The notes: generated by a model from the sequence alone, not told the origin. A stretch of DNA of 64,000 nt from a virus (IMGVR_UViG_3300037148_000025:1-64000); one strand, 5' to 3'. Shown: positions 47,740-58,918, numbered from the stretch's first letter. Numbers and translations: made by a program.

Positions 47740-48204
47740 ATGATTACGAGTCGGTTTATTAATCCTGATGATTATCCTCTTTTGAAAGAAAGCTTGGCGG
47801 CAGACGAATATCATAGGAATACTCCGTTGGATTTTTTTATTGAAGCCAACACAGTGTGTTCTGTATTCTCAGATGAAGCTGGTCCTGTTCTATTTGTGAG
47901 GGGCCATCCATTGTTTAACACTGAAGACACTAGTTGGTACATGGTGCGCCTTGACATCCAGTTCTTGAATAACCGAGATGCTAAACGAAACATGAGGGTA
48001 ATGCTTGAAGGGTTTCCTATTCTAGAGGCACGAGCTAAAGAGAACGGCTTCAGGGGTTTTCTTTTTGAGAGCATAGTCCCACTTCTCAGAAAATTCTGTA
48101 TTAAGCGGCTCGGCTTCGAAGTTTTTGATGAGCAGTTCTTGGTAAAGTATTTACAGGAAGATGCAGTTCGAGAAGTTGACAAAGTGTCAGAGGGTGTGCT
48201 ATAA
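47740..48204 (+). CDS. GNAT-like virion assembly protein
   Basis: Precedes the internal-virion genes; F..KRLGF ending. Confidence 0.45.
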   Translation: MITSRFINPDDYPLLKESLAADEYHRNTPLDFFIEANTVCSVFSDEAGPVLFVRGHPLFNTEDTSWYMVRLDIQFLNNRDAKRNMRVMLEGFPILEARAKENGFRGFLFESIVPLLRKFCIKRLGFEVFDEQFLVKYLQEDAVREVDKVSEGVL

Positions 48205-48902
48205 TGAAAATATACAGAAAGTTGGAATACTCGCTAGTCGGTACAGAATACGTTCTTATGAATAGCGAGTGGTTTGATTATTTTGGTCCGGTAGAGAAGA
48301 TGTGTGGGGCGACGGCAGCACAGACTGGCATACAAAATTCACAGATTGGTTTTATGAGCCAGTTGCAGTCGCAGGCAAGCACCGTGTTTGGTAATTCTTC
48401 TACTGTTTTTAGTAGTCTAATGAAGACATTTGCCCCAATTGTTCAAGCTGGTCCAGATCAGCAAGGATTTTCTCCGACCTTGAATGCCAATTTGAATTCT
48501 CAGGCTATCACACAAACGGCGCAGGGCTATAAAAATGCTAAAGCAGCTGTAGGCAATGAGGAAGCAGCTATTGGGGGAGGAAACACATCGTTGCCAAATG
48601 GGGCGACTATTGGAGCCGATGTTAACCTTGCATCTAGTGCAGCTAACCAGACATCCTCGGAACTAAGTCAGATCACCCAAGCGAACTATGCACAAGGTAA
48701 TAAGAACTATACGTCAGCTGTTGGTGGGGAAGAGGCACTTCCGGGAGTATTTACACCGGCGAGTGGGGCGGCAGGAGAAGCAACCGGGGCGGGTGAAGCG
48801 GCAGGTAGCATGGCTAATCAAATTTCTTCGGAGAATAGCAGTTGGGTAGGAGCAGTAACAGGTGCTCTCGGTTCAGCAGCCGGTGCAGCCGCAAAGATGT
48901 AA
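48204..48902 (+). CDS. Putative internal virion (ejection) protein
   Basis: Ala/Gly/Gln-rich helical protein in podovirus-like gene order. Confidence 0.55.
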   Translation: MKIYRKLEYSLVGTEYVLMNSEWFDYFGPVEKMCGATAAQTGIQNSQIGFMSQLQSQASTVFGNSSTVFSSLMKTFAPIVQAGPDQQGFSPTLNANLNSQAITQTAQGYKNAKAAVGNEEAAIGGGNTSLPNGATIGADVNLASSAANQTSSELSQITQANYAQGNKNYTSAVGGEEALPGVFTPASGAAGEATGAGEAAGSMANQISSENSSWVGAVTGALGSAAGAAAKM

Positions 48903-48951
48903 AAAGATGTAAGTTGTTAGTAATATATTAGGGACATTAAGGAAAATAAAT

Positions 48952-51807
48952 ATGCCAACTCCAAGTTCAGCAGTAGTAGATACTCAAGATTCAGCGTCTA
49001 GCCCATATCAGGGAGTGTCAACTCCTCCTCCCGATGGCACGGCGGGAGATGTTGGTAACACATCTGTAGCAACTGCTCCAGCGCAACCGGTGCAAGCTGC
49101 ACAGCCAACTCAAGCAGCGCAAGCGACACAGCCAGCGCAGCCAACGCAGGCGACGCAGCCGGGGCAACAGGCACAGCCAGCACAAGACGGCAAACCCTCT
49201 CCTGCGTCTAAAAACGCTACATCTGTGACTCCTAATGCTCCGGTAAATCCCGCTACTCCTGATCCTTCTCTAGAAGCGTCCAAAAAGACGGCGTCAAGGG
49301 TTACAAAAATAGCACAAATTTTTACTGGTGGTCCCCGCTATTCCTATACGGTTGATGACTCTGGAAAGACGATAAAAACTGAGGTTCCCGTTAGTGGGAA
49401 GCATTTAGGTCTTGCTATTGCTATGGAAATGTTATCAGGAGCATTTGCAGGATTGGGAGCAAAGCCGGGTCCGAATTTCTTAGGTAACGCTGGAGCAGCC
49501 GGTCTTCAAAAAGGTGAGGAAATTGCAGGTCAGAGACAGCAACAGGATCAAGCAGCACAAAAACAGGCACAGGAAGATTTTGCAAATAAAGCACAAGTGA
49601 CTGAGACAAACCTTAGAATGTACTCTATGGCTCGTACTGTGGGGAATATGGAGGAAGAATCAACCGATAAGTATATTGGTCAGTATACTCCAACCTTGAA
49701 CTTGCTTAAAGAGAAGGCTCCTAACTTCATCGAAGGTCCGGTTAAGTATAGTGATTTTGCAAAGTACAATGTAACGGCGGATAATGCAATTCCATTTATG
49801 CGTGTTGCACGTTTGGGGTCAGACGGTAAACAGGTGAAGAATGCCCAAGGTGTACCACAATGGGATGTTGATTACTACATTGTGAAACCCGGACTAAAAC
49901 TTACTAATTTGTTCACAAAAGACGACATGGCTACAGCAAAAGAAATGGGATTGTCATGGGCAGGAAACGACTCAGTGATGACATCTCCAATCGAGTTAGC
50001 TAATTTCTTAAATATTAAGTCAAAGCTTGCTAGCTGGAATGTTGGTAATGCTAAAGTTGCTAGTATGTTTAAAGAGGGAGATGCAGCGGGACAGAATCCT
50101 CAAGGAAGTTCGGTAACTCCTACGAAGTCTCCTGAAATTAAAGACCCAAAAATTTCCTCATTAGCTGAAACAGCGGCTACGACTAATGGAGTTCGTCCCG
50201 AATATGTAAAGGCTTTGATTACACAAGAGAGCCACGGTAATCCGAATGCTGTAAGTCCTACAGGAGCCAAAGGTCTGATGCAGCTTACCCCATCTATGGG
50301 AAACTTGTATCCTAAAAATCCATTTGATCCAGAGCAGAATGTGAATGCTGGTACGGCATACCTTTCTCAATTATTGAAGACCTATAAGGATGATCCTAAA
50401 AAAGCTTTTGCAGCTTATTATAGTGGTCCTTCTGCGATTGGCCCCAATGGAGAAATACAAGATACCGCCCAACACTCTGCGGAAAATACACAGAATTATG
50501 TTAATAGTGTGTCGAGTATGGTTGGTTTGGGAGAGAAACCATCACCTAACCCAAATGCTGTTCCTAATGCGGCCCCGGCTAATAGATTGTCGTTAGAACA
50601 ATGGAATGCCAAGAACCCTACTACAGGTTCAGATATGGAAGCTTTTATGGGAGCTATGAACGGGCTTACATCCGACAAAGCTGATATGATTGGTGACGCA
50701 CTTGCTCATCTTCATTCTACAGGAAATGACTCAGCGGCTAATAATATTGCCGCATTTATGAATCAAGGAAATCCTGATTTTATTCGTGATCACGACGATG
50801 CGCTTACTGCGCAGCGTTTGCAGGAAAAATCTGATGTAGGAGTGAAAGCAGCAGAAGAGAAAGCTAACTTTAAAGCAGCGAGTGATGCAAAAATATCATC
50901 TGCTCAGCAGGCATTTTTAGTTCCTCCTGATAATTTCAAATTTGATCCTAAAGTTTTTGATATGAATTCCGTTGATGCCAAAGCTGCACTGATTAAGCAG
51001 GGAGTCAAGATTCCGTTTAACTTTGATGCCCTGTGGTTAGTAGGACACCTTAAAGCACCAATAAGCACCATTCTTCCAGTGAGAACAGCGCAGAAATTTT
51101 CTCCCAATGAAATGGATGCTCAAACGGGTGCGTCATACATCAATGAGTTTATTAATCCTGGATATGACCAAAAGAATTATATACCGGCTCAGAAAGTACT
51201 TGCTGAGAATGCATCTGGAAACTCTAAGAATGGCATGGCTATTCAGAATGCTGGAGTGGCTGCGCAGCATTTAACTAATTTAGAGCAGGCAGCTAGAGCA
51301 ATGAATGGCGATTTAACTACAATGCCCTATCTAAACTCCCTAATAAATACTTATCATTTCCAGACCGGCGCATCTCCGGTTGTAATTTATAATGCAATTC
51401 TTCCAATTGCAATTCAAGAGGCCAGCAAGGTAAGTGCAGGCGGGGCGGTTCCATATGAAGATCAGGTAAAGAAGAATGAAGATAACTTTAAGGGTGCTCT
51501 TACTTTAGCACAGAAAGAAGGGGCTATCGAGGCTGTAACTAAACTGATGTATGGAAGAATTAGCGCAATTGATGAAAATACTTATGATATTACTCAGACG
51601 CATTTAATCAATGTTCCCAGTGGAGCAACTAAAATTTTTAAAAACTATGGGTTAGACACGCCGTGGGAGAAAAGCGGGGCCGGGCAACAACAACAATTTA
51701 AACCCAATGATACTTCTCAATATGCACAGATAAGCAAGTCCGGTAAAATTGGCATGGATGGTTCGGGTCATAAGTATATTATCGCAACGGGTCAACCGAC
51801 GCAGTAA
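48952..51807 (+). CDS. Internal virion protein with SLT lytic transglycosylase domain
   Basis: QESHGNPNAVSPTGAKGLMQL...AAYYSGP...ENTQNYV. Confidence 0.85.
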   Translation: MPTPSSAVVDTQDSASSPYQGVSTPPPDGTAGDVGNTSVATAPAQPVQAAQPTQAAQATQPAQPTQATQPGQQAQPAQDGKPSPASKNATSVTPNAPVNPATPDPSLEASKKTASRVTKIAQIFTGGPRYSYTVDDSGKTIKTEVPVSGKHLGLAIAMEMLSGAFAGLGAKPGPNFLGNAGAAGLQKGEEIAGQRQQQDQAAQKQAQEDFANKAQVTETNLRMYSMARTVGNMEEESTDKYIGQYTPTLNLLKEKAPNFIEGPVKYSDFAKYNVTADNAIPFMRVARLGSDGKQVKNAQGVPQWDVDYYIVKPGLKLTNLFTKDDMATAKEMGLSWAGNDSVMTSPIELANFLNIKSKLASWNVGNAKVASMFKEGDAAGQNPQGSSVTPTKSPEIKDPKISSLAETAATTNGVRPEYVKALITQESHGNPNAVSPTGAKGLMQLTPSMGNLYPKNPFDPEQNVNAGTAYLSQLLKTYKDDPKKAFAAYYSGPSAIGPNGEIQDTAQHSAENTQNYVNSVSSMVGLGEKPSPNPNAVPNAAPANRLSLEQWNAKNPTTGSDMEAFMGAMNGLTSDKADMIGDALAHLHSTGNDSAANNIAAFMNQGNPDFIRDHDDALTAQRLQEKSDVGVKAAEEKANFKAASDAKISSAQQAFLVPPDNFKFDPKVFDMNSVDAKAALIKQGVKIPFNFDALWLVGHLKAPISTILPVRTAQKFSPNEMDAQTGASYINEFINPGYDQKNYIPAQKVLAENASGNSKNGMAIQNAGVAAQHLTNLEQAARAMNGDLTTMPYLNSLINTYHFQTGASPVVIYNAILPIAIQEASKVSAGGAVPYEDQVKKNEDNFKGALTLAQKEGAIEAVTKLMYGRISAIDENTYDITQTHLINVPSGATKIFKNYGLDTPWEKSGAGQQQQFKPNDTSQYAQISKSGKIGMDGSGHKYIIATGQPTQ

Positions 51808-51816
51808 GGAGATTAA

Positions 51817-54800
51817 ATGGCTGGTCAACAAGTGGTCGAAAAAGGTCCGGGATATACCGTAACAGGAAATCCCGGTGGAATAGATACGGTACATACTGGT
51901 TCTGTTATGCCGGGGGGAGAAGCACAAACTCCCTCCTCTTCTTTGGAAGGTGTTTCTAACCCTCCAAATGAAGGCAATGTATCTGATGTGACTACCCCTG
52001 CCAATGAGATGCAGACTGGTCCCTCGGTAGATGACAATACATTTGCAGCTAATCCTAGCTATAAACCAAATCCAGAGGACAGTGAGTTTGTATCTAATCC
52101 AGCTTACAAACAGGCAGAGAAACCCAAACCAGCCAGTGAACTTTCCCAAGAGCGCAACGCTGCTTTTGCCAAAGGTGGTGTGTCTGGGAATGCCGAGGGA
52201 ATTGGGCTAGGTGCTGCTGAGACTGTTTCAGGAATGGGTGAGACTCCTTTAAAATCAATTGCCACGCTTGATGATATATCATACAACTTGGGTGAGAAGG
52301 CCGCTGATACTTTAGGTATTAAAGACCCTGTGAAACGTGCGGAGTTACACGCAGCATTGCAACCTGTTCTCCCAACATTGCCTGATTTTGCACGTGCATG
52401 GTTGCATGAGGTTGCTGGAGATAATGAACAAGCATCTGGTCCAGAATTGTTAGGTCAAGGTATTTCCAATATCGGTGAGTTCATTCTTGGTGATGAAGCT
52501 CTTCAAGCTTTGCCTTATGCGGTACGTCTTGAGCGTGCTGCAAAAGCCATGAAGACTATTCAAGGCTCTCCACGTCTTGCAAACGCACTGCGAGTTGGTG
52601 CGAGGATTACCAGTCTTGCCGCACTGCATGGAACTGAAGCAGGAGCAGTGCAGGGTGTACAATCTGAATTGCACAACCCCGGAGATCAAGCGGCTGCTTG
52701 GAGTTCTGCAAAGAACATGGCAATAACGGGTGGATTGCTCGATGCTCCGATGTCAGCTATTAGTTCTGTTATTGGAAAAGGTGGACAGGCAGCTAATACT
52801 ATAGATGATTTGTTATCCAAGGTCGGTGAAGGGACTGGAGCGGGAGAGGCAGGAACTGATATGCGTCCAGTTGAACACTGGAGCTATAAGAAGGGTATGA
52901 AGGTTACTGATCCTAACGCTACGCAAATTGGTAATGGCGCAGAAACAAAACGTCCTGTAGTTCCGGGAACACAGTTCTATGAACCCGGAGTAAAGGAACC
53001 TCAGATACAAGCAAGACCATATAAGTATTCCGGCCAGATCGACTACAATAAGATGTATGATCGAGATGCCGATCCTCTCAACATTCAAACACAGGCGCAG
53101 GAACTTACTCAGAAAAACGGAAAGCCTTTTGGACAAAATGTTGAAGAGTTGATTAAACAAAATGGTTTTGACGGCTATCGTAGTCAAGGGGTTGTAAAGT
53201 CTTTTGCCCCTGTTAATGTCAGTCCTGCGTATAGGGACGAGAAAACGGCATACTCTTTTGTCAGCCCAAATGTTTACGAAAATTTAGGAGGAATAGGAGA
53301 CGCTCAAAAACAGCTTTCTTCCAAAGAGCAAGGTCTTACAAAAAACTTGTCTCAACGCTTGTCTGGGATGTTGGGGTTGGATGCTGAAACGAAAGACTCT
53401 CTGGGAAATTGGAAAGATGGAGCGGAAAATTCTACGACAAGTAGGTTTGATCCGAGTACTGACCCCGATGCAGTAGATTATCATACCGCTTTGATGGGGA
53501 GAGTAACTAGACAGAAAGCTGTTATGTCCTTCCATCCCGGAGAAGGAGACGATTCTCTGTTTAGATTTCATGTTCCTTCTTCCGAAGCTGGACCTGCCTC
53601 TATTGCCGAAGTGTTGGACAAGAACGGGATTGAAAATAGAACCTTAATTCCTACTCCGAGCGGATATGATGTTGTAGTATCTAGTACTGGGGGGCAACTT
53701 CGTGACGCAGTGAAACAGGCTGCTGAGGAAACCGGTGCAGGAAAAGTTTTAGAGCAAACCGGAACCGAGAAAATGTATGGTAGCTGGAATGACCGGGCTG
53801 CTGGTCAGGAAAACATTTCGGCAAGAATTGCTGAATTAGAAGCCAAACACCCGGAGTGGGTGAAAATTCGTCACGCCTTTGAAACAGACCCCGACAGTCT
53901 TGAATTAACTAAGAATCTCCAATTCGCAGAGGGAAAGACCTCTCCCCCTAGAAGTAAGTCTCCTGTTGTTCCTACTCGTGCTAACGTTAACTCTGAATTA
54001 GCCTCTAAGGTAAATGACGCGTTTGCCCCTCAACGAGAGGCAGCGCAAGAGGCGTTAAATCAGGGAAACGATACTATTTCACAAGCAGGAGAGATTGGGA
54101 ATGACCTTGCACGAAATGCACCGACCGCATCCGAGATAACTCAATCAGCGCAGAAGTATGCTAAAGATGCACATGATGCTTTAGGGACAAATTATCAAGC
54201 ACAGGCCGGTGCTATTAAAAAGGCAGCAAGCGGGACTACTGTTGATTTTGCAGGAAGCCCTTTGCAGAAAGCGGCTCAGACGATTGCGCAAGGTGGTCAA
54301 GATTCCGCTGCTCCTCTGGATCAGGCTTTTTCAGTTACTCGTCCCGGCTCAGCAAAGGCCAATGCGTTAGTCGATGCACTTTCAGATACCGAAGGAACAC
54401 TGGGTATAAATGATAAGGGAGAACCGACACAGCTAACTGCCGATCATCTTCTTTTTTATGAGAAAAAAATAAATAAGTTGATTCGTAATACCGGGTGGAT
54501 GACAGATGAGCAAAACGCAGATCGTGACATCTATTTCGAATTGAAGGATGGTATACATGACACTCTTCAACAATTAGCTGAGAAATCTGGTAAACCAGAC
54601 TTGGTTAATCAAGTCACCAAGATGAATACGGATTACAGAAACGGTATTCAACCTTATCAGAACGCAGATGTTAAGGCTGCTTTACAAGGTAATAGCAATA
54701 ATATTGCCAAGCGTTTTATGGGCGGGGAAACAAGCATCAAGGACATCCAGGCATTTAGAAAAGCAATTGGCGAAGAATCTTTTGGAAAATTTTCTGATGA

Positions 54801-55701
54801 TTCATTACAGAGAACTGTAGCAGATTCTGTTGACCCAAAGACAGGGGAACTTAGTTTCCAGAAGTTATTTTCAAACTGGAATAGAATTCCTTCTGAGGTT
54901 CGCAAGGAGATGTTTGGTAAATCTATAAGGGCAGGGGTGCTTCAGGATGCAATTTCTCAGGTGCAGAATGTTAATGCTCTTGGGACAATTCCAAATGCTA
55001 CAGCAGCATTGAAGGACATTGATAAATCTATTTCTCAGATACTGGGCAACGGGGATATTACCTCATTACTAAAAGACCCAGAGCGTGTGAAGAATCTTGC
55101 CCAAGTTGTTGGTCCAGAAAATATGGCTGATCTTGGGAAAATGATTATGGCTAATCAGTTGAGAGAAGCCGCAACTACTGCGACTGGAGAAATTGGCGAT
55201 AAGGTAGATACAACAAAGCTATTAGATTTTGCTAAGTCTTTGAAAGATTCCCCAGAAGTAAAGGATGCATTTTTTAGACCTACACCGGAAGCAGTCGCAA
55301 ATTACAATAAGTTAATGGCCGGTCTTCAAAATGTGGATTCCGTTAAGAATGCAGTTAAGTATGGTATACTGGCTCCGTCTCTTGCAGTAGCTGGTGGTAT
55401 GGCAGGTCATGCGGTTGGTTCCTATTGGCTTGGTCACACTTTGGCGTATACATTTGCTGGAGTGATGGCAACCATGGCGGGCGAGAGAGCACCAGTTGTC
55501 AAGAAAATCTTGGAAGATGTTGCTAACAGTCCTAAGATGTGGGGGGCGCTCAAGGCTCTTAATAACCCAACCCTGAAAAGCACGTTGGCTCCGGCTGTTG
55601 TTGGCACTATTGGAAAAACTTTTGGTGGTGGTGGGTTTACTAACACTACACCAAACAAGAGTGTCTATGCAGATGCTGCTAACTCATTAGGAGGAAAATA
55701 A
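51817..55701 (+). CDS. Large internal virion (ejection) protein
   Basis: 1294 aa, Ala-rich and helical; follows the SLT protein. Confidence 0.6.
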   Translation: MAGQQVVEKGPGYTVTGNPGGIDTVHTGSVMPGGEAQTPSSSLEGVSNPPNEGNVSDVTTPANEMQTGPSVDDNTFAANPSYKPNPEDSEFVSNPAYKQAEKPKPASELSQERNAAFAKGGVSGNAEGIGLGAAETVSGMGETPLKSIATLDDISYNLGEKAADTLGIKDPVKRAELHAALQPVLPTLPDFARAWLHEVAGDNEQASGPELLGQGISNIGEFILGDEALQALPYAVRLERAAKAMKTIQGSPRLANALRVGARITSLAALHGTEAGAVQGVQSELHNPGDQAAAWSSAKNMAITGGLLDAPMSAISSVIGKGGQAANTIDDLLSKVGEGTGAGEAGTDMRPVEHWSYKKGMKVTDPNATQIGNGAETKRPVVPGTQFYEPGVKEPQIQARPYKYSGQIDYNKMYDRDADPLNIQTQAQELTQKNGKPFGQNVEELIKQNGFDGYRSQGVVKSFAPVNVSPAYRDEKTAYSFVSPNVYENLGGIGDAQKQLSSKEQGLTKNLSQRLSGMLGLDAETKDSLGNWKDGAENSTTSRFDPSTDPDAVDYHTALMGRVTRQKAVMSFHPGEGDDSLFRFHVPSSEAGPASIAEVLDKNGIENRTLIPTPSGYDVVVSSTGGQLRDAVKQAAEETGAGKVLEQTGTEKMYGSWNDRAAGQENISARIAELEAKHPEWVKIRHAFETDPDSLELTKNLQFAEGKTSPPRSKSPVVPTRANVNSELASKVNDAFAPQREAAQEALNQGNDTISQAGEIGNDLARNAPTASEITQSAQKYAKDAHDALGTNYQAQAGAIKKAASGTTVDFAGSPLQKAAQTIAQGGQDSAAPLDQAFSVTRPGSAKANALVDALSDTEGTLGINDKGEPTQLTADHLLFYEKKINKLIRNTGWMTDEQNADRDIYFELKDGIHDTLQQLAEKSGKPDLVNQVTKMNTDYRNGIQPYQNADVKAALQGNSNNIAKRFMGGETSIKDIQAFRKAIGEESFGKFSDDSLQRTVADSVDPKTGELSFQKLFSNWNRIPSEVRKEMFGKSIRAGVLQDAISQVQNVNALGTIPNATAALKDIDKSISQILGNGDITSLLKDPERVKNLAQVVGPENMADLGKMIMANQLREAATTATGEIGDKVDTTKLLDFAKSLKDSPEVKDAFFRPTPEAVANYNKLMAGLQNVDSVKNAVKYGILAPSLAVAGGMAGHAVGSYWLGHTLAYTFAGVMATMAGERAPVVKKILEDVANSPKMWGALKALNNPTLKSTLAPAVVGTIGKTFGGGGFTNTTPNKSVYADAANSLGGK

Positions 55702-56111
55702 TGTTAAGACAAGACGACTTTTTGAAAGGGCAACTCGTCATGTATGGCTGGAGAGCAGGGCACAAGTATGGTGGACACCTTGCTTCTACAGCCATAATGA
55801 ACGTTATCGCAAACAGAGTAAAACTTGGTTGGGGGAGTTGGTTAGAAGTTATTCATGACATGCCACTAAAGTCTGCTATCGTGGAAAAATCAGATGAGAT
55901 GCCTTTGCTTTGGGATCCCGTATTCATCAAACTTTTGCACGCAGTGGAAGGGGTGTTTGATTCCTCTTCTCCAGATCTTTCCAATGGGGCAGTTTATTTC
56001 GTAGACCTTGCGGAGCCAGTGACAAACCCGTGGTTTCAGGAGAAAATTTTAGATCATTTAGAAATTCACCGACGAGTAGCTGATCTTAATTCTTTAACAT
56101 TTTTCGTGTAG
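55701..56111 (+). CDS. SleB/Hydrolase_2-like cell wall hydrolase (divergent)
   Basis: AIMNVIANRV...D.SNGAVYF...PW. Confidence 0.55.
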   Translation: MLRQDDFLKGQLVMYGWRAGHKYGGHLASTAIMNVIANRVKLGWGSWLEVIHDMPLKSAIVEKSDEMPLLWDPVFIKLLHAVEGVFDSSSPDLSNGAVYFVDLAEPVTNPWFQEKILDHLEIHRRVADLNSLTFFV

Positions 56112-56134
56112 TAGTATTTTAATAGGAGATAAAA

Positions 56135-56605
56135 ATGGCAGAGCCTATCACATTAGCGGGTCTTGTACTCGTATATGAGATTGCGAAATATTGGGTGCCT
56201 GTGATTGCTCTGATTTGGGGAGCATTTAAAGTAGTCACGTGGTCGAAAGAAACTTTAGTATATTTAAAAGAGAGAGTACATTCACTTAATGAAAGCACTA
56301 ATGGCCTACGAAAAGATGTAGAAAACCAAACAAATCTTCTTGGTCAGAATTTATCAAAACAGACAGAAATTTTCAGTGATGGTATGGCAAAACAGACGGA
56401 CATCTTTAGTAAAGGTACTGCGCAACAAACTGTTGCATTCGTTGCGGAAGTCAAGGAGTTGCGCAGTGATTTGAGGTCGTTTTTACTGCCCACACTTTTC
56501 CAGTCTATGCCCCAAGCGTCTGTGAGGGCGAAGAGTAAACCTACGGTGCAGAAGAGGTCCGCAGCAAAAAAGTCCAAGAAAGGGCTTGACAAGAAGTCTG
56601 TTTAG
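56135..56605 (+). CDS. Membrane protein with coiled coil (holin/antiholin-like)
   Basis: N-terminal TM helix, basic C-terminus. Confidence 0.5.
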   Translation: MAEPITLAGLVLVYEIAKYWVPVIALIWGAFKVVTWSKETLVYLKERVHSLNESTNGLRKDVENQTNLLGQNLSKQTEIFSDGMAKQTDIFSKGTAQQTVAFVAEVKELRSDLRSFLLPTLFQSMPQASVRAKSKPTVQKRSAAKKSKKGLDKKSV

Positions 56606-56614
56606 TGCTACAAT
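56586..56614 (+). promoter_or_regulatory. Sigma70-type promoter
   Basis: TTGACA-17-TACAAT, extended TG. Confidence 0.75.
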
Positions 56615-56651
56615 AAGAACATGATTGAAGTTCGGACCAAATCGGAGGAGA

Positions 56652-57860
56652 ATGAGTAAAGTACAGGATACGCAGATTTTGCAGCAGGACGCACTGGTTG
56701 AAGATATGCAAAAGCTTCTTCACAAGCATAAAACCGTAACCAGAGATTTTTACAGGCACCATGGTTCATTCCCGGAGAAGGTATGGAGTGAATCCTTTCC
56801 AACATTTAAGGCGTTTGTAGCAGCGGCTATTCCATCTCAGGAGGAAGAAGTTGTTGATAATAGTTTAGGAGCAAGTGATGAGGCTGTAAAGTCTTTTCAG
56901 TATGAAGATGTTCGACGTTTACTTCGTGATGGTCCAAGGTCTACAGAGGCTCTCGCGGAAGCTTTGAACTGTTCTCCAGAGCGGGTAGTAGAAGCTATTG
57001 AAGAAATGAAAGATCGCGGTGCAATGTTGTTCACCACAGTTGGCGGACTTCACAACTTGAATGAAAGTTTTCTGTTAGAACCGGGGAAGAGCGCAGTTCA
57101 TGGAACCAAGGATGAGTGGACGCATATTTTTGGATTCACTACAGATAATCATTTGTGCAGCAAACATTCCCGTTTAGATGTTTTAAATGCAGCATATGAC
57201 CATTTTGAGAATGAGGGTATTACTACTGTTTTCAATGCTGGAAACTGGATTGATGGGGAGGCTAGGTTTAATAAGACAGAGTTGATAACTGCTCCCGGAA
57301 TGGATCATCAACTTGATTATCTTATTGATAATTGGCCTGTACGAGACGGAATTGAAACTCATTATATTGCCGGTGACGATCATGAAGGATGGTATCAGCA
57401 ACGTGAGGGTGTAGAAATAGGGCGTTATCTTCAGATGAGGGCGGAAGAAGCTGGCCGTTATGATCTTAAGTACTTAGGGTATGGGGAGGCCGATGTTGAA
57501 TTGCAGTTTGGCTCTGGTTCTTCTGTTATGCGCATTGTTCATCCCGGAGGAGGGTCGGCTTATGCAATCTCATATACTGACCAGAAGCGTGTAGAGTCTT
57601 ATCAAGGAGGGGAAAAGCCTCAAGTTGAACTTGTTGGGCACTATCATAAATTCAATTATGGCTATCCGAGGGAAGTTCATACTTTACAAGGTGGATGTAC
57701 TACTGATCAGTCCATGTTTATGCGTAAGAAGAGGTTGCAGGCACATGTTGGATACTCGGTTGTTAAAATTAAGCAGGATGAGCACGGGGCAATTTCTGGT
57801 TTTGCCGTTGAATGGCACCCGTTTTTTGACAGGAAATATTACGAAAAAAGGTTTGTGTGA
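56652..57860 (+). CDS. HTH plus calcineurin-like metallophosphoesterase
   Basis: TDNH, AGNWIDG, AGDDHE, HPGGG, GHYH; winged-HTH segment. Confidence 0.8.
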   Translation: MSKVQDTQILQQDALVEDMQKLLHKHKTVTRDFYRHHGSFPEKVWSESFPTFKAFVAAAIPSQEEEVVDNSLGASDEAVKSFQYEDVRRLLRDGPRSTEALAEALNCSPERVVEAIEEMKDRGAMLFTTVGGLHNLNESFLLEPGKSAVHGTKDEWTHIFGFTTDNHLCSKHSRLDVLNAAYDHFENEGITTVFNAGNWIDGEARFNKTELITAPGMDHQLDYLIDNWPVRDGIETHYIAGDDHEGWYQQREGVEIGRYLQMRAEEAGRYDLKYLGYGEADVELQFGSGSSVMRIVHPGGGSAYAISYTDQKRVESYQGGEKPQVELVGHYHKFNYGYPREVHTLQGGCTTDQSMFMRKKRLQAHVGYSVVKIKQDEHGAISGFAVEWHPFFDRKYYEKRFV

Positions 57861-57891
57861 TGCTGTAGAAAGGGGTACCGTGGGAAACGTA

Positions 57892-58056
57892 ATGAGTATG
57901 CAAGCTATTCCACTATCACTGGCTGTGCTATGTGTAAACTGTAAAATGGTTTCAGATGCGGTGTGGGCTTGTCCTTCATGTGCTGGAACCGTTCTTATAA
58001 ATTTGGGCGGTATTTTGGATCGTGAGGAGAAATCCAAAGAGAGGAGCGATAAATGA
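57892..58056 (+). CDS. Small Zn-ribbon protein
   Basis: CVNC...CPSC. Confidence 0.5.
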   Translation: MSMQAIPLSLAVLCVNCKMVSDAVWACPSCAGTVLINLGGILDREEKSKERSDK

Positions 58057-58235
58057 TGAAAACAGTAGACTTTGATCCCCTAGCAAGCGTTGGAGACATT
58101 ATTAAAGTTGATGGTCATAACTATCGAATTACTAAGAAAGTAAAAACAGCCATTGCTGTTGAGCGTTATTATTGGTTCGACAGGCTGTATGACTGGGTTA
58201 AAGAAATTGGGGAGAAAATAGTTGAATATCGTTGA
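58053..58235 (+). CDS. Hypothetical protein; paralog of the next ORF
   Basis: VDF.P...DGH.Y...AV.R.YW shared with 58222..58428. Confidence 0.6.
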   Translation: MMKTVDFDPLASVGDIIKVDGHNYRITKKVKTAIAVERYYWFDRLYDWVKEIGEKIVEYR

Positions 58236-58428
58236 TTTTCGTCCTAGTTCTCTTTTCTGTAACATTGATGTTCATGAACTATTCATACACGATGATGGTC
58301 ATAAGTATATGCTTATGGCAAGAGATGCTGTAAAAGTATATGCAGTACGTTGGTACTGGTGGAATAATATTTTGGAGAAGATTGCGAGGAGATTTTCAAG
58401 ATATGCCAAAGAAGAATGTCAGGATTAG
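58222..58428 (+). CDS. Hypothetical protein
   Basis: Paralog of the previous ORF. Confidence 0.55.
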   Translation: MNIVDFRPSSLFCNIDVHELFIHDDGHKYMLMARDAVKVYAVRWYWWNNILEKIARRFSRYAKEECQD

Positions 58429-58918
58429 TCCAAAGTCGAAAGCAGACGGACCTAATCCTAAGGATGTTATAGGTAGTAAAAAAGTTTCATTGACAAAGCT
58501 TCCTGCAATTGCTACAGCGTGGGGAGCAATGGCAATGATGGACGGTGCCGGAAAATACGGGCCGTATAATTTCAGGGATAAGTCAGTCCAAGCTAGTATT
58601 TATGTTGATGCGGCGAGGCGTCATCTAGATTGTTGGTTTGAAGGTGAAGAGTGCGCCAGAGATAGCAAGGTTCACCATCTCGGCCATGCGCTTGCTTGTA
58701 TTGCTATACTTCTAGACACACAAGCAACCGGGAACTTGATTGACGATAGGCCGTTACTGTATGATGAGGATGGTAATGTAATAGACCCATCATGGTATGC
58801 GGATTTTTTAGATAAGTTAAGTGGAATTATCAAGGAGAATAATGCCAGCAAAATCGAAGGCACAAATAGGGTACATAATGACCCACCAAAAAGAGTTTGG
58901 AGGAAAGGAAAAAGTTAA
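58403..58918 (+). CDS. dATP/dGTP diphosphohydrolase (DUF5664-like)
   Basis: GA.KYG.YN.R...Y.DAA.RHL..W..GE..DS..HHL.HA.AC. Confidence 0.8.
   Translation: MPKKNVRISPKSKADGPNPKDVIGSKKVSLTKLPAIATAWGAMAMMDGAGKYGPYNFRDKSVQASIYVDAARRHLDCWFEGEECARDSKVHHLGHALACIAILLDTQATGNLIDDRPLLYDEDGNVIDPSWYADFLDKLSGIIKENNASKIEGTNRVHNDPPKRVWRKGKS

Noticed and set aside
51817-55701. Tape measure protein or virion RNA polymerase
   Set aside because: No periodic tape-measure repeats or RNAP catalytic motifs seen; the context fits a podovirus-like ejection protein
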